Positions 55,400 through 64,000 of a stretch of 64,000 bases of DNA are shown here, one piece after another (the stretch's first letter is position 1; every line of letters starts with the position of its first letter). This DNA comes from Antechinus flavipes (Eukaryota). A program made the position numbers and the translations under genes. Below the pieces are notes generated by a model. The model saw only the letters and a list, made by a program, of their open reading frames with translations, was not told the origin of the DNA and did no database searches. The DNA is taken from NCBI RefSeq assembly GCF_016432865.1, contig NC_067400.1:635128001-635192000 (forward strand), given 5' to 3'.

Positions 55400-55885
55400 A
55401 CCCCATCCTTCAGCCCAAAGCTCAGGTCCAACCATGTCACTTCCTACTCACTCAACCCCGCTGGCTTTCCCTGGCCTCCAGGAGCAAACCCAACCTCCTC
55501 ACTCCTCACTGCCCACCACATAATCCTCCATCCCGGGCCTGGCCCCTCCTCCCCACCCCCTGTTCTGGCTCTATCCTTCCACTCCAGGGTTTCCAGTGGC
55601 TGTTTGCCAGGCCTGGAATGCTCTCCCTCCTCACCTTCACTTCCTGGGACGTTCCCTGGCTTCCTTTAATTCCCAACTAAGATCCCAGCTGCTGCTGGAA
55701 GCCTTTCTCCATCCCCCTTGATCCTGATGCCCTCTCTGACATTATGTCCAGTTCACTGCATCTACAACCTTTCAGTCAGTGTTTATTTCCATGTTTTCTC
55801 CACCTTAGGCATAGCCTAAGGTCTTTCTTCATAGTCTTAGCACAATGCCCAGCATACAGTAGGCGCTTAACGGATGCTTGCTGAC
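55400..55885. mobile_element. L2 LINE 3' fragment
   Basis: ccatgtcacttcctactcactcaac...ctggaatgctctccctcc...cttagcacaatgcccagcatacagtaggcgcttaa. Confidence 0.6.
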
Positions 55886-58559
55886 CGACCCTCCAGCTGA
55901 GCTTTCTCCCCACAGACTGCTCTGCCAACCCAAGCCCAATTGTGGACATTTACTTGAGTCCAAGTCATGTGGGTGGGTTTTGTTCGTGTTCTAGCCTGCC
56001 CCGGTCTTTGTCCGTCCTGACGCTCGCCCTATATGTGACTGTTGTCCCTCCCGACTTGTCCCCTTGAGATTGGAGGCAGACGGCATCTCTGCCTTTATTC
56101 GGGACTGGACAAAACAGTGACCAGGAAAAAGCCTGACAGACACAGATCCCGGCCATTCCACAGGAGCCTCTCGCTCCTTTGGCCCCAGGCATCATAGTTT
56201 GATCTACTTATTGGATTCATGGGTAGAAGCTGCAAAGGGACAGATCCCCCATGTAAAACACTGGCTAACCGTGACCAGGCTGCCTCGGGAAGTGGTACGG
56301 ATTTCTTTCTGATACAAATTGGGCTAAATGGACGTCTGGCCACAAAGGACTAAAGCTCAGTACATTCCAAGTGGCCAAACTAGTCTACAAGCCCTTTCAT
56401 TTGTTCCCTTTCCCCACCGGATCTTTGACCTATGAGCTTATGAGCCTAAACAAGCATGCTTAGGCCAGGGTAAAACGACCGGCCGAGGGGAAGGGAAGGG
56501 GGGTGTTCGGAAAATCTGATTGGTCTGTTCAGGTGTGTGAAGGGTCAGGAACAGTGGGGGAGGGAAGGGGCCGGGGTCTGCAAACACCTGAATGGAGGAG
56601 AAGCACCTTCACCACGAGACCTCCAGAGAGGCCGAAATGGTGGGCCCTTCCTCCTGGGAGGTCTTGGAGAGGGGCACGTGGGGGGACACGTGGGCCATGG
56701 AGGCCACTTCAGGCTCTCTGACCGCATGCTTTAATAAATTTAATCAAAACCGCAGACTGGCCTGAGGGTTAGCACACGCCCTATACAGCGCCCAGCGAAA
56801 TCCAAAGGCTGAGCCAATGTGGACAGCGCAGCATGCTGGGCACCCCCTTCTCTCAGCTCATGGGGCTTATCTCACTGCGGTCGCTAGGGAGCGGTTATGC
56901 ACATGGTCCTAGGCAGACTCAGGAACATTTCATTTTCTCCTCTCTTCCCGAGATGTTTGTGGAGGACATTTGGAACTGTCAGGAGTCATGTCGTGACAGA
57001 CAAGCTGGCTCCTAGTTGTCTCGGGGGACGAGGGCCACCAGTGCCCGTCTGTGTCTTCTCAGCCCACTTTTCTAGGCCCCCTCCCGGGAGGTGTGAGGGA
57101 ACCTTGGGTAAAAGAAGTCCTGGAAGGGGCCTCCGGGCTAACCTCCTCTTGTTATAGATGGAGAAACTGAGGCCCAGAGAAGCATTTGCTTCAGAGCATC
57201 CTGGGAGCAGGGGCTTGACCCCTGCTTTCCTGACATTTGGCCCTTTGTGAGCCCCAGTGACTGGGCTTAGCTTTGAAGGCCCCAGGGCAGGGAGATGAGC
57301 TAAGCAATGAGCCGGATCCTGACCTTGGCATCAGAGGTAACTAGTGCCCCCTTTCTCTGGGGGTTCTTGCTGGGTAGTGCCAGTCTGGCCCCTGGCAAAC
57401 GACAGATACAGAGAGATAGTGACAGACGGGGAGGAGGAAGAGAGAGAGACTCTCGGAGGCAGAGAGACAAAGACCAGTGGATGAGACAGGGAGACAGAAA
57501 TGAGAAAAAGAGAGAATGAAAGACAGAAAATGGAGGAGATGGTCAGAGGTGACCAGGAGCCCAGACAGGCACAGGCGGAGGAACTGGGAGGGACCGGGAG
57601 CCCCATCCCCAAGCTTCCTCTTGGCACCCCTTGCTGCTGTGCCTGGGCAGGGACAGAATTGCCGGAGCTGACAGTTACAGGGACCCTCCGGTGCTCATGG
57701 CCGCTGGTGTCCGCAGAGGGCACCTGCTCCAAGTCGGCCTTTCGGCCCCTGCTCCCACCGGCTCTGATCCTCCCTTCTTACCTCTCTCCTTCCTCCACCT
57801 TCAGCCTTGGCCACCTCTGGCCCGTGGTGCTCAGGCCCTGCCCTCAGTGGGTGGGGAACGTCGGCTCCGGACTGAGCCTCTATAAGAGCGACCCTTTGTG
57901 CTCTCCCCACCCCGACCTAACTCATAGTCTCCTGGGGCAGTTGATGGGCTTAGGGACTCAGGGGGGACTCAGGGGGAGAGCAGACAGGCAGGCAGGGAGG
58001 GAATTTTCCAGCCTCAATTCCCTGGATCTCTGGGAACAATTGGATCCACTAATGAGCCCCCCTGAGCCTTGTTAGGGTCTCTGTCCCCAAGGCCTCATTA
58101 AGACTGATAGAACCCAGTTGGACCCGAGGGGCTGAAGGGAGAAGGGAAAGAGCCCAGGGAATGACAGGATATTCCAGGATTAGGGGGAACTCCCAAACCT
58201 GGGATCATTAAGCAAGACTATTAAATGGTCAGCCAGCCTCCAGCCTCCTTCACCCAGTCCATCCTTCATATACATGCCCAGGTGCCTTCCCCATGCCCCC
58301 TCAAATCTTTTGGTGGTTCCCCAGTTCTTCCAAAGAGACTTTAAGTTTCTGATCCTGGCATTCAAGGCCATGTGCCATCCGGTGAGAGCCTTTCAGAGTC
58401 TTGTTAATTCCCTCATTCCCTTTCCCAGACCCTGAGCTCCAGCCCGTAGGGTGACCTCTGCCTGGAGGGCTGTCCTAGGTGTCCTGTAAATCTTAAAGAG
58501 ATAAATCAATAAGACAGCACCATTCACGCCACTCCTCGCCCACCCTGAAATCAGGAAAT

Positions 58560-60720
58560 GTTTCATCATGACTCCTCTGGAATGGTGGAGTTCCTAAGGC
58601 TTTCAATTTGTTTTATCTTTATAACATTGTTATAGAAAGCATTCTCCTGCTTCTGCTCACTTCTTTTTGCATCAGTTCACATCAGTCTTCCCATATTTCT
58701 CTGACCCTTTCTTCATTTCTTAAGCACAATAGATAGTATTCTATCACAACCATGTCACAGCTTGTTCTGCTATTCCCCAGTTAATGGGCATCTCCTCATT
58801 TCCAATGCTCTGTCAAAAAGAGCTTCTAAAAATAGTTTTCTACATATAGTTAATTTTCTCTTTAAAAAATCTCTTTAGGATACAGACCTAATGGTATTGC
58901 TGGGTCAAAGGGAAAGCATAATTTTAAAAATTATTACATAGAGTAGAAAAGAGAAAAACAAAAAGGAAATAAAACAAAACAGAACATTGTCATGTGCCCA
59001 GCAGATCATCAAGGAGAATTCATAATGTATAACAAAGTACCAGTTCAAGAAAGGATATATAATAATAGAAGAAATTATATTCATGAGTGTCCATCTTTTC
59101 TTTGCTTACTTGTAGATTATTCTTTTGTTCTCTGCTGTGCACTTTTTTTACTTTATTCTTTTTCCCTCCTTTCATTCCTCTTACATCCCCCAAGCAGGCA
59201 GTAGTTAAGCAAAATATATATATATATTTATATACAAATATAAATATATGTGTATATGTATATATATACACACACATATATTCACACTCATCCACAGACC
59301 CACTCACATACATGTATCTATATACACACATAGAGTAACATGAATACATATCTACATATATTCAGATACACATATATACACATGCATTTACCCATATGTA
59401 AACATGCATCTAAAAGGCATATAATGTAGATTTCTCTCCTGATTGAATCGTTAAGTTTGACTTATCTCTTCTTTCCTATCCTTGTTAACTCTTCTCCATT
59501 AATTCTTGCCTTGCTATTACTTAATCTCCCCTCATTCATGGATCTCTCCCTTGTTTTCTTCCTCCACCTTTGCTTTCCCTCCTCTGCCCATCCTTCCCCT
59601 TTATTTCTTTATAGATTTTGGAGGGTGCTATACCCTTTATAGTGTATATGTAGTGTTGCCTATTTGACCCATTCCCAATGTGAGTAGATTTTCAGACCTA
59701 TAAGTCCTTCTCCTCCCTCTAATGCTTCTGTTTCTGTTTTTCCTTTGCACCTTATTTGTATAATATAATTATCATTTTTTACCTTTTCCAAGACAGTTTT
59801 GCTTTTTAGAGTCAAATCATACTCGGTACTCTACTCCAATTTTTCTTTTAAGCTATCCAATTGCTGATGTTAATCTTAAACCATATGTTATACATTTCCA
59901 TGTAAAGAACACAAACAATTTGTTCATGTTAAATTCTTTGAAACTGATCTTTGATATTGGCTCTTATAAGTTAAATTTTCTATTGAGCTCAGATTTGGTG
60001 AAAGAATCAATAAATTTGATGCAATTATCTATATATTTGAGATATGAGGTCTGTATCAGAGAAACTTCCAAAATTCCTCTCTCTCCTGAAAACCTTCCAG
60101 TTCATTAACTATTCACTTTTTTCATTCAATAGTATGGATAATTTTGCTGGATATGATATCTTTGGCCACAGGCCTAGTTATTTTGATTATTGGCATAATG
60201 ATTCCAGGACCTGCAGTCTGCTCATAAATCCTGTACAATTCTAATTGTAACTACAGCTTATTTGAATTGTTTGTTTGCAGAATTTTCTCTTTGATTTGGG
60301 GGTTTTGAAATTTGGCAATAATATTCTTATGTGTTTTCCACCAAGGATCTCTTTGAGGTGGTGATTGGTGAATTTTCTCTATTTCTATTTTCTTTATTTC
60401 TGGAATTCTATAATTCCAGGACATTTTTCTTGAATTATTCTTGCATTCTTGTATCAAGATTCTTTTTCTGGTCACAGTTTTCAAGTAATCCAATTATTTT
60501 TATATTTTTTCTTTTTGATCTGTTCTCCAGATCTGTTATTTTTCTTATGTTTCACATTCTGTTCTATTTTTTTTTTTTATTCTGTATATTTTGTCTTATT
60601 TCTCGGTCTCTTATAGCTTCATTGGTTTACCCTTGAATAATTCTAATTTTTAATGTATTATTTTCATCTTTGAGACTCTGTATCTCCTTTTCTATTTGGT
60701 TAACTTTTTTCATAATAAAC
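58560..60720 (-). mobile_element. L1/HAL1-like remnants including an ORF1p fragment and a TA/CA microsatellite (~59210-59420)
   Basis: ORF 60251-60493 IEIEKIHQSPPQRDPWWKTHKNIIAKFQNPQIKEKILQ resembles L1 ORF1p. Confidence 0.7.
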
Positions 60721-63700
60721 AGGAATGCATAATTTGATAGCCCTTTGAGGATAGTTCCGATTACTCTCTAAAATGGTCCTATCAAATCATGATTCCAAAA
60801 ATAGGGCTTCCATGTCCCAATTTTCTGAGATCCTCATCCAACATTTGTCATTTTCCTTTTCTGTCATATTAGCCAATCTAATAGATATGAAGCACTATCT
60901 CAAAGTTGTTTTATTTTTCATTTCTCTAATCAATTGTGATTTTGAGTATTTTTATATTATAGAAAGCTTTGATTTCTTCTCCTGAAAACTGCCTATTAAT
61001 ATCCTTTGATAATTTATCAATTGGGGGATGATTCGTTCCTATAAATTTGGTGCAATTATCTCTATATTTGAGATATGAAGCCTTTATCAAAGAAACATAA
61101 AATTCCTCTCTCTCTTCACTCAGCTTTTGGCTTTCCTTCGAAACTTGGCTGCATTGGTTTTGTTTGTGCAAAACTTTTTAAATTTAGTGCAATTAAAATT
61201 TTCCATTTTATATGCTATAATACTCCCTCTTTCTTGTTTGTCATAAATTCTTCCTTTTTTTCTTTCATAGATTTAACAGGTAAACTATTCCTTCCTTCTA
61301 TAATTTGCTTATGGTATTACTGTCTAAATCATATACCCATTTTGCACTGTTGGTTCATATTTAGTTTCTACCAAACTTCTTTCCAATTTTCCAGTTATTT
61401 TGTCAAATAGTGAGTTCTTATCTTTTCTTGGATCTTTGGGTTTATCAAAGACTAGATTATTATGGTATTTTTCTACTATCTTGTGTACTTATTCTATTCA
61501 ACTAATTCACCTATGTCTTAGCCAGCAGGAGATTGCTTTGTTGATTACCACTTTGTAATACAATTTGAGATTTAATACAATTAGGCTACCTTCTTTCATA
61601 TTCTCCCTATCCCCCACATTAGTTCCCTTGATATTCTTGACCATTTTTTCTTTCAGATGAAATGTGTTATTTTTTTCTAGCTCTACAATAAACATTTTTT
61701 TTTTGGGGGGGGGGTGTTGTTTGGTATACCACTGAATAAGTAGATTAATATAAGTAGCATTTTCATTTTTATTTTATTGGCTCATTCTACTCATGAGCAA
61801 TTAATGTTTCTCTAACTTTTAAGGACTGTCTTTATTTGTATGAAAAGAGTTTTATAATTGTACTCATATAATGCCTGGGTTTGTCTTGTCAGCTAGGCTC
61901 CCAAGTATTTTATATTGTCTACAGTTATTTTAAGTGGAATTTTTATTTCTGTTTCTTCCTGCCAGACTTTGTTGGTAATATGGAGAAACATTGATTTATG
62001 TGGGCTTGTTTTATATCCTGTAATTTATCTGAAGCTGTTAATTATTTCAAGTAATTTTAAATTTTTTCTGGGATTCTCTAGCTGTACTGTCATAGTATCT
62101 GTTTAAAATGATGCTTTTGTTCCCTCATTTTCTATTCTAATTAATTTCTTTTTCTTCATTTATCATTATAGTTGGCATTTCTAATATAAGATTGAATAAT
62201 AGTGGTGATAATTCATATCCTTGCTTTGTCATGATCTTATTGGGAAGGCTTTTTTAGCTTATTCATGTTACAGAAAATGCTTGTTGATGGTTTTAGATAG
62301 ATATTACTATTTTTAAATTTTTTTCTTTTCTCTCTCTCTTTTTTTATTAGAGCTTTTTATTTGCAAAACATATGCATGGGTAATTTTTCAACAGTGACCC
62401 TAGCAAAACCTTTTGTTCCAAATTTTCCTCCTCCTTCTCCCACCCTCTTCCCTAGCTGGCAGGTAGTCCAATACATGTTAAATATATTAAAAAATATACA
62501 TGTTAAATCCAATATATGTATTCATATTTATACCGTTATCTTGCTGCATGAGAAAAATCAGATCAAGAAGAAAGAAAAAAATGAGAAAGAAAACAAAATG
62601 CAAGCAAACAACAGAAAGAATGAGAATGCTAGGTTGTGGTCCACACTCACTTCCCATGGTTCTCTCTCTGGGTGTAGATGGCTCTCTTCATCATGGAACA
62701 AGTGGAACTGGTTGGAATCATCTCATTATTGAAGAGAGCCATGTTCATCAGAATTGATTGTCATAACTGTACATACCCTTTGATCCAGCAGTGTTACTAC
62801 TGGGCTTATATCCCAAAGAGATTTTAAAGAAGGGAAAAAGACCTGTATGTGCAAGAATGTTTGTGGCAGCCCTTTTTATAGTGGCCAGAAACTGGAAACT
62901 GAGAGGATGCCCATCGATTGGAGAATGGCTGAATAAATTGTGGTTTATGAATGTTATGGAATATTATTGTTCTGTAAGAAATGACCAACAGGATGATTTT
63001 AGAAAGGCCTGGAGAGACTTACATGAACTGATGCTGAGTCAAATGAGCAGGACAAAGAGATCATTATAGACTTCAACAACAATACTATATGATGATTAAT
63101 TCTGATGGACATGGCTCTCCTCAGCAATTAGATGAATCAAATCAGTTCCAATAGAGCAGTAATGAATTGAACCAGTGACACCCAGCAAAAGAATTCTGGG
63201 AGATGACTATGAACCACTACATAGAATTCCCAATCCCTCTATTTTTGTCCGCCTACATTTTTGATTTCCTTCACAGGTTAATTGTACATTATTTCAGTCT
63301 GATTCTTTTTGTACAGCAAAATAACTGTTTGGACATGTAAAAAAAAAAAAAAGAATTCATTGTTGTATAGTCTTGTTGTTGCCATGTATAATGATCTGGT
63401 TCTGCTCCTGGTTCTGCTCTTTTCACTTAGCATCAGTTTCACTTAGCACCAGTTCATGTAAGTTTCTCCAAGCTTCTCTGTAGATATTACTATTTTAAGG
63501 AAAGCTCTAGTTATTCCTGGGCTTTCTGGGGTTTTTAATACAAATGAGTTGTATTTTGTCAAAAGCCTTTTCTACATTCATTGAGATAATAATTTGATTT
63601 TTGTTGATCAATTATGCTGATAGTTTTCAGTTTGAACTAGTACTACATTCTTGTTACAAATCCCACCTGGTCATCATGTATGATCTTTCTGATATATATC

Positions 63701-64000
63701 TATATCTATATTTATTTATATAGATATAGACATATATATCTATAATTACCTTGTTAGTATTTTATTTAAAATTTTTGCATCAGTAGTCATTAGAGAAATT
63801 AGCCTAGAGTTTTCTTTCTCTGTTTTAGTTCTTCCTGGTTTAGGTAGCAGCATCTTATTTGTATTGTGAGAGAAATTTTGTAGGACTCTTTCTTTGCTTA
63901 TTTGCCCAAATAGCTTTTATAGTATTTGAATTAATTGTTCCTAAAATGCCTGTGAATTTATCTGATTCTGGGGATTTCTTCTCGTGGTTTGTTCAGTTTC
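60720..64000 (-). mobile_element. Old L1 ORF2 remnant hosting two nested younger L1 insertions
   Basis: Antisense ORF2 text either side. Nested element 62314-63480 is bounded by TSD TAGATATTACTATTTT. Confidence 0.8.
62767..63353 (+). mobile_element. 5'-truncated L1 (ORF2 C-terminus plus partial 3'UTR and A13) nested in an antisense L1
   Basis: LLLGLYPKEILKKGKRPVCARMFVAALFIVARNWKLRGCPSIGEWLNKLWFMNVMEYYCSVRND. The A-run ends at ~63352. Confidence 0.85.

Noticed and set aside
55965-56343. Cys-containing short minus-strand ORFs near an AATAAA
   Set aside because: No recognisable family or exon chain, so it cannot be supported.
62314-63353. L1 5' inversion by twin priming
   Set aside because: The opposite-strand pieces cover overlapping parts of the L1 3' end with different sequence, and the antisense element resumes after the sense piece. 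Nesting fits better.

Overview
Mammalian genomic DNA, probably marsupial and plausibly dasyurid, judged from the L1 3'-end style from memory. A GC-rich, minisatellite-dense block (1-47.3 kb) contains four genes. (1) An NLRP12/NLRP3-like PYD-NACHT-LRR gene on the minus strand, with 7 identifiable coding exons and one -1 frameshift late in the NACHT exon. (2) A SCAN plus 15x C2H2 zinc-finger gene (minus). (3) An intact RPS5 (plus). (4) RNF225 (plus). RPS5-RNF225 is the human 19q13.43 gene order. The block ends in a gapped, single-orientation array of TTAGGG variants (47.3-48.6 kb). Beyond it lie AT-rich L1 debris and a very GC/CpG-rich family-10-like olfactory receptor. I did not find a clearly new biological system. 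The best leads are: a VNTR that multiplies the NLRP exon-1 splice donor six times, the NLRP frameshift plus a sense-oriented ERV remnant (possible LRR-less or PYD-only products), an L1 3' transduction with TSD, the interstitial telomeric array, and a CpG-island olfactory receptor. All coordinates were hand-counted. Repeat-family names are by recognition, not database search.
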